A stretch of DNA of 58,389 bases, the filler included, from Circinaria calcarea (Eukaryota): the NCBI GenBank assembly GCA_051942165.1. It is 9 parts of 9 records of this genome, joined end to end, with 100 filler letters (N's around TTAATTAATTAA, not from the genome) between each part and the next. Parts side by side here need not be neighbours in the genome. Positions count along the whole stretch, not along the records: positions 6,522 to 12,932 come from JAVECS010001593.1; positions 13,033 to 19,434 come from JAVECS010001594.1; positions 19,535 to 25,935 come from JAVECS010001595.1; 6 more parts are not named here. One strand, given 5' to 3'. The notes under the pieces were generated by a model. It was not told the DNA's origin, did no database searches, and saw nothing but the letters and a program-made list of their open reading frames with translations. The translations under genes and the position numbers were made by a program. This document shows, in pieces, positions 12,386 to 25,061 of the stretch; the first letter of the stretch is position 1, and every line of letters begins with the position of its first letter.

Positions 12386-12622
12386 GAGTGTGGGTTCCTC
12401 ATGTTCAATCGGTCGTGTGTTTGGCGAATAACTGTTGTTGTCTGGTCTGTTTAAATCCCGGCATGCCTTTTCTATTTGATAGCATTGATACGATAGATGA
12501 TTGGTTTCCAAAGGCGGCAGACACTTTTTTCGCCTTTGATCTCAGCAAGCCACTCGTTACTTGATTAGAATACCGTGTTACTCTTTCATATCAGTTGGCA
12601 TCCTTTGGCCTTTCTTAGGCTA

Positions 12623-12932
12623 TCATCGAACTACCGTTTAACGAGTGCAGTGCTACGAACGAGGGATGCTTGCATTACATACAGAATACAGTTGGGCAGC
12701 TCAGATTTGGGTATATTAACGTCGGGCATCGTGTCACTTTGTACAAAGGAATCAAATCAGATAGCTCACAGACAGTTGCCAAGAAGAATGTACGATTTGC
12801 AGTAGCATCAACGTCATGATTCCTGCTCTGGCCATCTATTGCACTCTTGAAGTCGTCCAGGTCCCGGAAGCGTCCTTTCTGCTTCATCTGCACGGCTCCC
12901 CATTCGCCGCCGAAGCGAGGTCGGAGCGGATC
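12623..12932 (-). CDS. Possible 3' end of an unidentified spliced gene (5' truncated)
   Basis: Open frame from the contig edge (DPLRPRFGGEWGAVQMKQKGRFRDLDDF..DATAN) and two plausible GT-AG introns giving ..LTRCPTLIYPNLSCPTVFFR*; family not recognised. Confidence 0.35.
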
Positions 12933-13085
12933 NNNNNNNNNNNNNNNNNNNNNNNNNNNNNNNNNNNNNNNNNNNNTTAATTAATTAANNNNNNNNNNNN
13001 NNNNNNNNNNNNNNNNNNNNNNNNNNNNNNNNCATTGTCAAGATAGCTTTGTGGTATGCTTCATTACTGATGCAGCCGCCAATAG

Positions 13086-13483
13086 CCCAGTGGCATTCCT
13101 GGCTTCGCCATCTACGAGCGGATGCCCCTAGCATTCATGAACAACAGTCCGATCTTCAAAGGCAAGCGCAACTTAAACAATTAGCACGGTTGGCGGATGA
13201 ACGTTGGGCTTCGAAGCCGTCTTTCCTCGACGCACCAAGTCAGACATCACAGCCAGGACCAGCAACAATACCAAGGGATAAAGCCGGCTACGTTGGGCAG
13301 ACCGAACCTGATGAGAAGCAGGGTGTCAGAAATGCTGTGGGTGGGTTAGGTGAGGTCGGAGATGTAGAAGCTACAAGACCAGAGAAGGAGCGTGAAAAGA
13401 TTAATCCATGGAAGCAACAGCGAGGTAATCCTGGAGAGAGCTGGCAGCCGGAAGCTTGGACTCCTGGGCCAGTGAAAAGATAA
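13086..13483 (+). CDS. Complex I assembly factor, NDUFA12-family (NDUFAF2-like); last exon, 5' truncated
   Basis: QWHSWLRHLRADAPSIHEQQSDLQRQAQLKQLARLADERWASKPS and C-terminal PGESWQPEAWTP; acceptor AATAG at 13081-13085. Confidence 0.8.
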
Positions 13484-13772
13484 GGCAGTTTATCCAGAAT
13501 GACTTCCTTATGATTACTTCTTCTGGACGTCCCATGGGACTTCAGACGGACAATACATTTCTTAGTTCCTGAAGTCTCCAAACTGGTGATGTATCGCACG
13601 TATCATTACTTCCTTGCTTGTTCTAATGGCTTCCAACAATTACTTTGCCACATTTCATTGCATTTACAGTGCACGAAAATTGGTTTTCACCGATGTCTCT
13701 TTTGTATATAGCATTTCAGTTAACAGCTATATAAAAATCATAGGCTTCTATCCTTTTTTCATTACATCTCAT

Positions 13773-14260
13773 CTACGCCTTTTTTGTACATCTGAACCGG
13801 GGGCCCACCGAGGACCACACATTTTCGCCATCATCCTTTTGCAAAGCTATCCAGAAGATCCACTCGTCCTTGGACTCGATCAGTTCCACCCCATCACTCT
13901 CCAGAGCCGCAATCCGACTCCACACCACTTCAATATATATACAGATGATCCTTTGCACCCATTCCTACCCTCTTGATTCGGCATCGGAGGTGGTAATACG
14001 GACCATATCCTATATACCTCTTTCACCAGTGAAATGCAGGAGCACTGCAAAAGCCTGCCGCCCAACCCATGTTTCCATCTCGGTAGCGCTCATAGGATGA
14101 TGGGCCGTGGTTTATCTTACTGCTCAGCGCCAAAGCCTTCATATCCCGCAGTCCAGGACTCTTGGATGCTTGCTTCATAATCTGCAAGACCAACTCTGGT
14201 GGCAGGCCTCCGAATTGGCGGCGATTGCTCGGTTGGGTTTAGTGTTGAAGTCTGAAGGGG
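13773..14260 (-). pseudogene. Probable decayed F-box-containing gene
   Basis: FGGLPPELVLQIMKQASKSPGLRDMKALALSSK (L at 14205) with an in-frame TAA just upstream; downstream frame broken by two TAG stops. Confidence 0.35.
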
Positions 14261-16132
14261 GCTTGGGCGTGCGAGTTTTGGGTTTGGACGCAAAAGAATG
14301 GGAATTGGGTTGTCGTTTGAAAGGGAGAGACTCGAAAGAGTGGAGAAATGGGAGTATATGAAGGTATCGGGGTTTAAAGGAGCAGTTACGATTCACATTG
14401 GATGAATGACCAAATCAGGCCCCAAGCGGTAAGATCTCATGTGATGCTACATGCTTCGTTATAGTACGTTCCTTTTCTATGTGATAGGTTCGAGCTTCGT
14501 CTTTTCTCCGGATCTTCCCTCCAACATAGTGAGTGCCCCACTGCTTTTAGCGTACCTAGCCCTGTTATGGAGAAGTCATGCTGACTTTACGTCGCGGAAA
14601 CTAGAGGAACCAGAACGAAGATATCTCTTCGTAAACCCTCAATGAGACTCTGTCCGAAAACTTCAAACAAGTAGAAACAGACGCAAAAAGCAGAACAGTT
14701 ATAAAAGCTCGGCGGGGGGCACGCCATTCGTACCTATACCGAGTACAGAATACTACCAAGTCCTTACAGCACTGAATGTCCGCCCTTTTCATATTAGTTA
14801 ACCAGTCTAAGCAGAAGGTCGCCCAACTGTTTGGTGGTGGAATTTAAAATTAAGATTGTTACCACCTCTTATGAGCCGCTATGAGCATTAAACGTCAGGA
14901 GCGCGAACTGTTACTCGACTTGAGTACAAAGTCTACAAGGAATGCGGCGAGCTCATTACCTGACCACCTGGACTCATAACACCGGGACCTCAAAGAGTTC
15001 AAACCTATCATCCTAGAGTTTCTCAAAGGCCTTGCGGAATCAAAAGTGCTTGTAGCTCCCTCTCAACAAGCCAGGACCTTGTCGCTCAATGAGGTATCAG
15101 AAAAGCTTAATGTTGACTAATGTTGATTATATATGATATGTCGACTATATTTGAAGTTTGCCTAAAAATCGAAGCAATCCAATCTTTCATCTTTATGCCG
15201 TATGTTGACTACTGCCTGATCACTATCATTCTAGAAGGCTAATATTATTGATGGTTAGTGAATATAGTTATGATAATCCGGAACTCGTTATATTTTCCAA
15301 AGCTGAAGCCTGAATCCTTAACAATGACTTATCATCGATATCCTATTATGTAACCGCCTAGAAGACCCTGCAAGAAAAAGATGCCAACCATCAGCTACGA
15401 GTCTATTCCGAGGCTGCCATTTAGCACCAAGGTCAAGAACCCGGCACGGGCTAATACATCGCTGGATGGGGCTGACTGGGCATTGGGGTGGGAGGATAAA
15501 ACTGACGTTCAACATGTTTCTTTGATAATAGAAACGAAGATGGATGGCATTGGCCAAGTTCTACGCTGCTCCAGCTTTTCTACATACCTGACTGGGCGTC
15601 CAAGATGCACGCAGAAAACGGTGGCAAGAAAGACCATTTCGAATAACTCTCCTACAATATATTCATAGGAATATAGACAAAACGCAACTCCTCCCATTTT
15701 TAGGTTAGCAAACGGATTCCGAATGAGTTTTATTTAGTTTATCCTGCATAGCGACCCAAAGAGCGTTTATTTTCAAGTAGTCCCGACCTAGTTCGAGAGG
15801 ATAAGGGAACAGTCATCGAATTCTTTCGACCATGTCCTCAGAATTTTGCTGTTGCGGCATCTCCTAGCACGACACTGGTGAAGGCTAGGCATACAATTAT
15901 AGCCCGGAGAGAACTTCTCAAGATTTCTGGGACCGTGTCTTTATCCTTTGGCGATAGAATTAGCGAGGAGGACGATGGTGACGCTATCGAATACAACATT
16001 ATCGAAGAAGATGGTGTGTCTCTTCTTGAAAGGTGTTAAGTCTATCTATTACGCTACCATTCTTTCGTGTAAATAGTATTATGTAAATAAAAATAGTCCT
16101 AGTTGAAACTACAAGCTAACGTACCGAGATAG

Positions 16133-17128
16133 GCCGGTAATCTCTATGTCACTCTTTAAAATGCAGTTACCAATTAGACCATGGTAATCACATCATTAGC
16201 AGGTTTTATGCCCTCTGCCCAATTGGTGGCAGACGGTCTTAAGTACACGATAAGCAGACTCGGTAGTCTTGGCTCCTCTCTTCATGGAGCAAATCGCCAC
16301 ATCCCTCGAATTGTTGGACTTCGTTAGAAGCAATCTGGACACGATAACTTATGGTGGCGGCGATGTGTCGCAAGCATCTGGTGACGCTATTGCCTCTAAG
16401 TCCAACGTGTTTAACTTCAACGGCTCTACGGAAACGGGAGTTACCCTATGCTTCGTCCTACAGGTCCATATCCTGCTACGGATTGGAAATATGTATATCC
16501 ACATCCAACAGCTAGAATTGAATTTCGGCCTTCGGCGCATGGTCTCTACGAGGCTTATATTGTAAGCAATGCAGCATCCGAGAACGAACAGCCAGTATTC
16601 AAGATTTTCCTAGATCTCACAGATTATTCTACGAAAGACCTGTGGACTCTGCACCCATCAAAACCTGGCCTGTGGAAATATCACGGCAGGGCCGATGGGA
16701 TCATCGTCTTCGGGCCTGGCTATATGTGCAATCCAATTTCCATGGAGCAGCATGTCTCGAACCATCCAGAGATCCGAGCTGCATTGATGGCCGTAACTGG
16801 CAGGTTTCAACCAGTCCTCTTAATAGAGCTGGTGAGCGAGCAGTCACCGTCTGCCTCAGGGAAACAAAAGCTTGCTGAACGGCTTTGGCCAAAAATCGAA
16901 GAAGCTAGCCAGACTTACAAGATAGGCGCCCGTGTCTCGGAAACTCATGTTCTGTTGGCGGATCCACAACAGCCGTTTCAGCGCGCTTGAAAAGGCACTA
17001 TACAGCGGGTTCCTACGCTGAAACTATACTAGGACGCACTGGGTGCGCTCTACGCGAGAGAGAGCGACGAGGTGCGAGGGAACGAATTAGTCTCACCAGT
17101 CTTTGATTCCGCTACCAGTAAACAGTAG
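16133..17128 (+). pseudogene. NRPS-like (carboxylic-acid-reductase-type) adenylation domain pseudogene fragment
   Basis: A-domain motifs TYGGGD, NGSTETG, YSTKDLWTLHPSKPGLWKYHGRAD, NPISMEQ, RA*KGTIQR; frameshifts near 16250-16270 and 16440; in-frame stops at 16988 (TGA), 17030 (TAG) and two near 16160-16180. Confidence 0.85.
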
Positions 17129-17613
17129 GTGATTGGAGCCAAGAGCTTAAGGCGGGCTCCTCCGAGAGTGAAGCTCTGTGGGCTTGTTTGTTTCGATATC
17201 AAGCAAGGGCATGTCCATATTAATACCGGAAGGGTGAAGCAAAATGCCGGCCAAGAACAAGCAAGGCAGGACTAGGGTTCTTTTTCCAAGGGACATCAAA
17301 ACGCCGAATGCATGTACTACATATACATTCGGGGGCCCGCACATTATATGGATGTAAACCCGAATTGTGAAATAAAATCGGGTTTAGTTTCCCTGCCACC
17401 CTAGGATTCCTTCCGAGGTAGTAATTATTCAAGATCGGCCCACTGCCCTTGCAATCCTGCCTTAAGTAATAATTAACAGCTATTTCCCTTTAACGTCCTT
17501 ACACCTTTAAACCAACATCTCCATTCTCTAAGAGGAAAGCACAAATTTAAAGCGAATGCAGAACCTCGGTCTTATCCCATATCCAATCGCCACCTCTCCA
17601 CTCACTGTTTGTC

Positions 17614-19050
17614 ATGGCCGATCCTACTAGAGCAGACCTCGCTGCTGCAGTCAAGAGAGCCCGCGCTATGTTCGCAGCTGGAACGAAGACGGCGATAGCT
17701 ACCCGTCAGCGAGAAACTACCATCGATCGTGACGCCAAAGGCCCCTCATTGGTGAGCCGTGTAGTGTTTCCAGCGCCGGCAGAGGATGGTCCTCGCCAGG
17801 TCGTCCTAGACGCCATCAATACTCTTGGTGTCGGAGACGAGCGGTATAAATGCCCTGCGCTCGTGGATGTTCGAGCTCAGTGGACTGGATTCCGGTCCGG
17901 AGTCCCTAAAGACGAGCCCGAACCGGCCATGTCTGAAGCAGAAAAATTCCTTCTTTTGATCGATGAGGTGAAGAGTCCAACGACCATTCTCTACATGTAT
18001 GGAGGCGCCCATTAGTAGGTTCGCTGCAATTTCTTTTTATTCTTTTTTGGTGCACGAATAGTTTCTGGCTTCTTGGAATTTGGATTCATGAGCTCTAGTA
18101 TCAACGGTCCTGCCACGCGCCGTGCAACAGCCACAAAACTTGCTCAGCTTACCAGTGGACGATGTTTGATTGTCCAGCCTCGCCTTGCACCTCAAAACCC
18201 TTTCCCAGCAGCCCTCCTCGATGTCCTTGTTGCCTACCTCTCCCTGCTTTACCCACCGCCAGGCTCGCACCACGCGCCTGTCCTTCCCTCACACGTTGTC
18301 TTCGCTGGTGATAGCAGTGGTGCCCAGCTCGCGCTCTCCCTCATCCTCACGATTCTCGCCGCCCAACAGCGTCAGGCTACCTCTCAAGTCACGCTTCGCT
18401 TCCACAAGCGCACCGTGGAGCTTCCCCTTCCAGCCGGAATCGCCATTCAATCCCCCAGTCTCGACCACCAAGGCGACTGCCTCCCCTCATGGTATACCAA
18501 CGGTGCTTATGACATCTTCCTTCATAGATTACCCACCTATGAGCCTGGGTTCCCAGCAGACGAAATATGGCCGACTGAACCGCCGCGAGGGAACTTGTAT
18601 TGCGAGACGAGCATGCTCTGCCATCCGCTCGTGAGCCCAGTAGCCGCGAAGTTCTGGAGAGGCGCACCCCCAATCTACGTTGCTGTTGGAAGCACCGAGC
18701 GGGTTGCGGACGCTGCAAAGGTGGTTGCGCAGGCGGCAGCACGGCAGGGGGTGCCTGTATTATGGGACGAGTACGAGTTCATGCCACATAACTGGCCGAT
18801 GATCTTGACGGATTATCCTCAAACGGTCAAGTGCTATGAGGCTTGGGCAAGGGCCTGCTCGAGTTTTGTGCAGGGCGACAGGGTGAGAAGTGCAGGGACT
18901 TTTACCACGTTCGAGGGGCTCAGGACAAGGAAGCTTGATGTTGAGCATCTCACGTACTTGACTGACGAGGAGGTTGGGAGATTGATGAGGAGTCGTCAAG
19001 GCACTATAAAGCCGTGGACAAATGACCTAGTAGTGAAACCCGTGCTCTAG
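17614..19050 (+). CDS. Alpha/beta-hydrolase (hormone-sensitive-lipase-like esterase); exons 17614-18014 and 18099-19050
   Basis: ILYMYGGAHY oxyanion region across a GTAGGT..CTAG intron; RLAPQNPFPAALLD; nucleophile elbow AGDSSG; HPLVSP; MPH near the C-terminus. Confidence 0.88.
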
Positions 19051-22000
19051 ATCAAGAATGAATATTATTTTTCTTTTAGAAAAAAAGACGAGGCAAAGGG
19101 CAAAAAAACGAGGTCTTCTCAGGCGCCGTAAGGGTGAGGGTGAGGTTGAGGGTGAAGGTGAGGGTGAAGACGAAGGTGAAATTAACAGGTGACAAGATAG
19201 CCTGATTCGAAGCCATTCAAAATCCTGCTGCTACCTACCCAATTATCCCCCCTTTTTCCAACTCCCAGGCTTAAAGTTTGAAAGCTTATAACCACCACTC
19301 TCGCGTAGGGTACATTTTGGGGGGGCATGCTACTCTATATTTTTTTCCTTTCGACCAGACAAAACCTCCAAAACTCACAGCCCCGGAGTTATACTGTACC
19401 TCCTACCTAACCCACCCGTGCCACCAAACACCTCNNNNNNNNNNNNNNNNNNNNNNNNNNNNNNNNNNNNNNNNNNNNTTAATTAATTAANNNNNNNNNN
19501 NNNNNNNNNNNNNNNNNNNNNNNNNNNNNNNNNNATATAGTACAGACAGTTATGGATGATTCCGTTCATATCAAGATAAAGACAGTCGAATTCCGGAATC
19601 CGATTCTCAGCAATGAGCTGAGAGATGGCTGGATACCGCTCGCTCAGCCAGCGAAAGAACTTAGGAACCCCCTAAGTTTAATAACATAAATTAACGGATG
19701 CTACGGGCACGGGGGTTGTATTTCCTTACCATGTTGATCGAGTGGTCGTGTTATGCTATACCGTTATACAAAGTAAGATCCAACGAAGTTTCGGAATCCG
19801 GATGAATTCAATCTCATAGCGCGTTATGGCGTTGCACGGGCCACTCTGCCAAGATCACCAAACTTCTCATGTCCCCATCGCTGCCAAAATAACAATATGA
19901 TACCGGAGGACCCCTCACAAGGCATCATGGGCTCGTCGAATAACACCAAACTCTGAATGTATCAAGTCGAGTTTAAAAGACTCGATTTAAAGGTCGTGGG
20001 AGCGGAGCACCCCTCATACACTGATTGTCTATCATCAGTTACGCAATTTCCGGAATAATGTCATGCATCCGGGGATCTTTGTGCAACGTTTGGGAGGGGA
20101 GGTTCAGACCCACAGTTCTTTCCGTGCTATTCAGGATTCTTGTCTCCAAGACGTTACTTCTATAGCACTATACAGTGACAGTTACCTTCCTACTTGCCTA
20201 ACGTTGGCATAGAACCCTCTTGTGCTTTGTTGACGGAGCTCCTGCCTTGTAGTAGTAAGAAGCATTGCCGAAACTTTGTGACTACAGTCACTATACGCCA
20301 GCTTAGGGACGTAACAAAAAAAACATAAGCCCAATCGCGCTCCGAGCTTGTGGAAAGAACCTAGAAGGTAGCGGAGGATATCTTCAATACCACCCGTTTT
20401 TCTTCTACGAATCTGCGTGGTCTCTGTCAAGTATATAAAAGATGACCAGATTTTAGCACACTACGGTATATATGATAAAGTATCATAAATTCTTAGGATA
20501 AGCAGGTGTATTATTGAGGGTGTCCCCTGGCTTGTATGCCTGTTTTCGAGTTCGATGTTCAGCACGTAATGGATTACATCGAGCCGGGAGAAGAATCTTT
20601 GAGTGAGACTTTTACGTGTCGGTAATGTGATTTTGAGCTACCTAGCTTAATAGGAACCAAGTTTAACGGCTTCACACCGTTTTGTCTTTATGTTTATACC
20701 TGCGCCGCAAATCTCGCGCAGTACAAATTCGACGACGGGCAGGTAGACGGCGGAAAGTAAACATCTTATCTCATTTCTCGAGAGTGGCAGACGACATTAT
20801 CCTCCATGGCCGTTAATGAATATTTCCGGCACCATTAGGAGGACGCGCTAAAATTGTTCGACGAATCGAGTACGAAAACACCAACCTCGGTGCGCGGCAA
20901 TTGCTGCCGCGGTTTCATATTTTCTGCTTTCATACCACTGATCCGATAGCCACGTGGAAGAAACGGATAAACGAGTCGAGATCGACTTCTTGCCAGGGAT
21001 AGATAAGTCTATTAGGAATATATATCTGTCCTGATAAGATTCAGCACGTTTTCATCGGGGCCCGGCTAATCCGATTATGGTTTTTCTACAAGCAGAACTT
21101 ACGAGTGTACAGCCAATATAGTATCACAAGACTTTACACCGTATTAGGGCGTCGAAGGCGAACCTAGTTAAAAGAATAAGAAGAGACCCGTTCGGGGAGA
21201 AAAGCCCGTTAGAAAACGAGCTTTAACCGGCAAGAACACCAATGCGCGCGTGCCCGACATAGGAAGTAAAGATCCCGATTTGGCTGACACGGATACCGAT
21301 TTGGTTTAGGAGAACCATAACGGATTAAAAAGGCTCTTAATCGAGGTTATGCAAAGTTAGAAAACGGGTAGATAAGTGGCGAGGGCGATGGATAGGAATA
21401 AAGGTGGAACAAACGGGGAGCTACTAATATAAAACTGTTAAGCGACATGTGTGGTGGCATGTATGTATTGCTATCTGAGAGTGTAGCTATCCAAGCTGCC
21501 ATACAGGAAAACTGTCTTAAGAGGTGTGTAGAGAGAGTTGGGTATGGAACACGCATGACCCGTGTGTAACACGTGACTCTGTAAGCCCTATGCCCTTTCA
21601 ACAAAATCATAAGGAGAACTGTTCAGATGGCGGCTTAACTGTAATACTTACCTGGGAATAAACTTGGAGTGATTGTTATGATCAGTAGCAATAGCTTGCT
21701 TTGGAAATAGACTTGGAATCGTATGGCTTAATAATAATGCCTCTATAACTCTATTGCCATATTGCTTCCAAAACCTTATAAGCCGCAAAAATCTAAGAGA
21801 TGAATTGGGAGGTTTAGTTATTCTGCGTAAGAAGAAACTAGATAAGAGCAACCAATAGAAATGTCTCACTAAGATTTCAAACCTGCTAGCACAGCATAGC
21901 TCCGATGTTATCAACATTGGAGCTATGCTGCACTATGTTGTCTTAAACAGGCAATAGATCAGCATATGAGGTCATGGCGGCCACCAACAGTCCAACGTCC

Positions 22001-22499
22001 AAACTTGAACACGCCTAAATTCAGTAGTAAAATGTCTGAAACCGTAGACCACTAGGTGCGAGTAGTAATACCGGTAAACGTCACGAATCCAGCGAAGCGC
22101 ATTCTTTTCGGCGGCAACCCAAAATAGGTGGGCTGTTGCTGCAATGAAAACAGCACGAAGCTGTTTCTGCCGCAAATGGCGCCTTAAAGGCACGGAAGGG
22201 CGTTGCATGGTTACGGAATTATGAGAGGGGGAAAAAGCAAGTATTTTACAGTGTAATGAATTTAGAGTTTTGATATTGATTAATTGGGCTTAGCTCTCGG
22301 ATAATTATTATTCCGAGCCTATATCACATCGGATGGGTATTGCTCGTTAGCGTGGCACTAGTAGATCGATGTCTAATATGGTTAGAGCCTCATCCTCCAC
22401 CCAGTTAGATCAGTCAGTTAACCATAATATTTAGTGGCTTTAGCGTAGGGCTAACGACTAATACCCCTACGACCAAAGTAAACAAAACCACCTAAGATA

Positions 22500-22694
22500 T
22501 CCCTTAACCTGTTGCTCAGGCACGCCGAATCGTGCACGCTATACTAGTAGGGGGGATTTTTAGTTTCCCTGCACAAATTACTATGTAAATGGGCATCTCT
22601 TCTCCGCTGATTGGCCAGAATTAAGATTTTTATTAGTGCCCGAAGCCCCCTGTACCGTGCACGGTTCGGCGTGCCTGAGCAACAGGTTAAGGGA
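22500..22694. mobile_element. 195-bp MITE with 39-bp terminal inverted repeats and TA flanks
   Basis: TCCCTTAACCTGTTGCTCAGGCACGCCGAAtCGTGCACG at 22500-22538 matches the reverse complement of 22656-22694 at 38/39; TA at 22498-22499 and 22695-22696; no ORF. Confidence 0.85.
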
Positions 22695-23335
22695 TACCGT
22701 CGCGCTATAAATCAGCCGATCCGGTGATCCAGCCTCGTTTGTTTACTAGGTCACGGGGTATTAGTTTAGCGAGGAAGGTTTTCCCGCGAAGCGTTACACC
22801 AAAATTCTTTAACAATAATTCATACGCTATGCGAACCAATTGAGCACATTACCACACATTTTACCGACCCTGATTCGTAAGATCATTATACTACTCGTAA
22901 AGGATCCTTACAGTTCCGCTTTACTTCATTCACCTTTTCACTTATCACTCAACTTGAAAACTCCAGGCATACTACGAACTACTTTCCTTGCGTGCTCGCC
23001 ATGATGGGGAAACGTGTCAAAAACGAGAAACCGTTATCCTCCCCATCCGTCGAGTGGGATCTCGCAGCCATCGAAATCATGATTTACACCGAGCAGATTC
23101 GAAAACGACATGGAGAGTCAGACTTGCTTGGCAAGTGTGGCGTCTAGGTATTTGAAAGCATGGGAAGATTATATGCCAGAGGACGAGTAGTCGGTCAAGA
23201 ATTTACCACCTTTTTTACCGTCGCCTATCGGATGAGCAGACTGATAAGCTTCATAGGCAAGTAATACTAAAATAAGTATTCCAACCAGAAAATAGGGCAA
23301 TTGTATATATGAGTGGATAGATAGTCAGGAAGACG

Positions 23336-24300
23336 ATGCTTACGACTCTGACGCCAAGCTTCCGGATTTCGCACTCCGATTATAAATCGGAAGTAGCTTT
23401 AGGCGATGTAGGTGGGGCAATCGAAGAAACCCTAGTTATCTTGGATATGCACGGTTATGTTGTTCGGATTCAGCAATCTCATTCTAATAAAATTAACCTG
23501 CAAAAGCTCGATACGGCCGGAAAGGTGATCGGAAGCATAGAAGATGAGGAGGAGATTAAAAACAATTATCTCTGCCCGAGAAAGGCAGATCGACAGGCAG
23601 GAAAGCCGGCGAGAGTGGTAAAAATGGCAAGAAAATGCCAATCCGGCCATTAAAGCAGGTGTAGCGGAGGAGATTGGAGAGATATGAAATTCCTGCCGGA
23701 AAAGGACAACAACAAACGGGGAGTTACCCCATTAGATGAAAAGGAGCCTAGTAATGAACGTACGAAAGGAAATCAGTAATTACTATTCGATTTGGGAACT
23801 GGCTTTTCCAGCTATGGCAATCTTGGCAGCAAGCCTAGGATATGAGATTACTTTTTGAATTTCAAAAACGGAAAGTTGATTGGAGAACTGTAGTCAATTT
23901 AGTCATTTAATCATTGGATCGCTAACAGGACGATCCCTCCAGCTGAAATCAGGGCAAACAATGGTAAGCGTCTACCTGCATAGAATAAAGGCGCAGTGGA
24001 TAGAAGCTGTAGCTCATGCGGAGCAACGGAATAGTTGATGCATTATATATGAGTGCTGTAGAAAATGGAGAAGAGAGAGGGAGTATTAAGAAGGCGCTTG
24101 CTGAAGTTAAAATTGACTGGCTATTAGCGTCGGGCAAAAGATCGCTAGCGGACTTGATAGGTATGAGAGAAGCAGTGGCCCCACTGCTAGAATACCTGAA
24201 CAACAGAGAAATAGGACGAAGAGAAGGAGCGGAGGAGAGAGATAAGACATGGAGAGAAAAGAAGGGCAAAGAGAGGGAGGAGAAAGCATAGACTCCTACC
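23336..24300 (+). mobile_element. Degenerate non-LTR retrotransposon (Tad1-like LINE) pol 3' remnant
   Basis: Broken frames give YLHRIKA..CSSCG..H..ECCRKWRRER (CCHC knuckle), then SLADLIG..AVAPLLEYL..EIGRREG, typical of fungal LINE pol C-termini; weak RNase H-like text upstream. Confidence 0.45.
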
Positions 24301-24697
24301 TCTTGTTTACTTAGGTCACTACGCAACACCAAAAGAGAACCTGCGAAGCAGCGATCAGTCTTTAAAACCGATAAGCGGGAGTCTATTTCTGCGAGGAATA
24401 GCCAGCAATCAAAAATCAAACCAAAGACGAGGCCTGCCGTATGTCAGCCAACCTCCGCTGAGGACCCACTTTGGAAAGGGTAATATGGGCGCCTACGGCA
24501 CACGCAAGCAGCAGGACAATGCCTGAAAACTTGACGCTTCGGAAGAAAGCGAGAACACGCATATTGACGGTTAGGGATACGGAAGCTTCGGAAGCGAGGT
24601 ATAATACAGCGAGCTTTGGTAGCCATAGATGCTCCAGGGTGAGATAGCGATGTCTGTCTTGGCCAAATCGGCTGCAAATAGACGTTAAACTTGAATA

Positions 24698-25061
24698 CAG
24701 TGCGTTCCATAATGGTAGGCGCGTTTTCAAGATGTTTTATTTTTTTTGGATCTCCGCAAGGGTTAGACGAAGGCACTAGCTATGATAGCCGTACCATAGT
24801 AATTTGCTAGTAAACACTATCTTTGTTTACATGTATCCCGAGTTTTCGCCGGAAAAGTTTCACCCTCAAGATTTTTCCATCTTACTACAATACTACTATC
24901 AATATGGTTCAAGGTAACCTAAGAGAGAATATGCTTTATATAATACGTGCGGAGTATCTGCGAAGAACATATTTATAGCCATTCGAATCTCTTTACCCCT
25001 TGCGGAGATCCAAAAAAAGTAAAACATCTTGAAAACGCGCCTACCATTATGGAACGCATTG
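24698..25061. mobile_element. 364-bp Tc1/mariner-type MITE with 65-bp TIRs and TA target-site duplication
   Basis: TA|CAGTGCGTTCCATAATGGTAGGCGCG...CCGCAAGGG at 24698-24762 vs reverse complement of 24997-25061, 63/65 identical; TA at 24696-24697 and 25062-25063. Confidence 0.9.

Noticed and set aside
16988..16990. In-frame TGA in RA*KGTIQR as possible readthrough or selenocysteine
   Set aside because: It replaces an expected Gly, and other stops and frameshifts surround it, so it is pseudogene decay.
21644..21655. ATACTTACCTGG, identical to the U1 snRNA 5' end
   Set aside because: No U1 loop I or loop II (ATTGCAC) and no Sm site downstream; it is equally the reverse complement of a CAG|GTAAGT splice donor.
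21347..22208. Chain of minus-strand ORFs in contig 4
   Set aside because: No recognisable family; interrupted by stops in decayed sequence, so no call can be supported.
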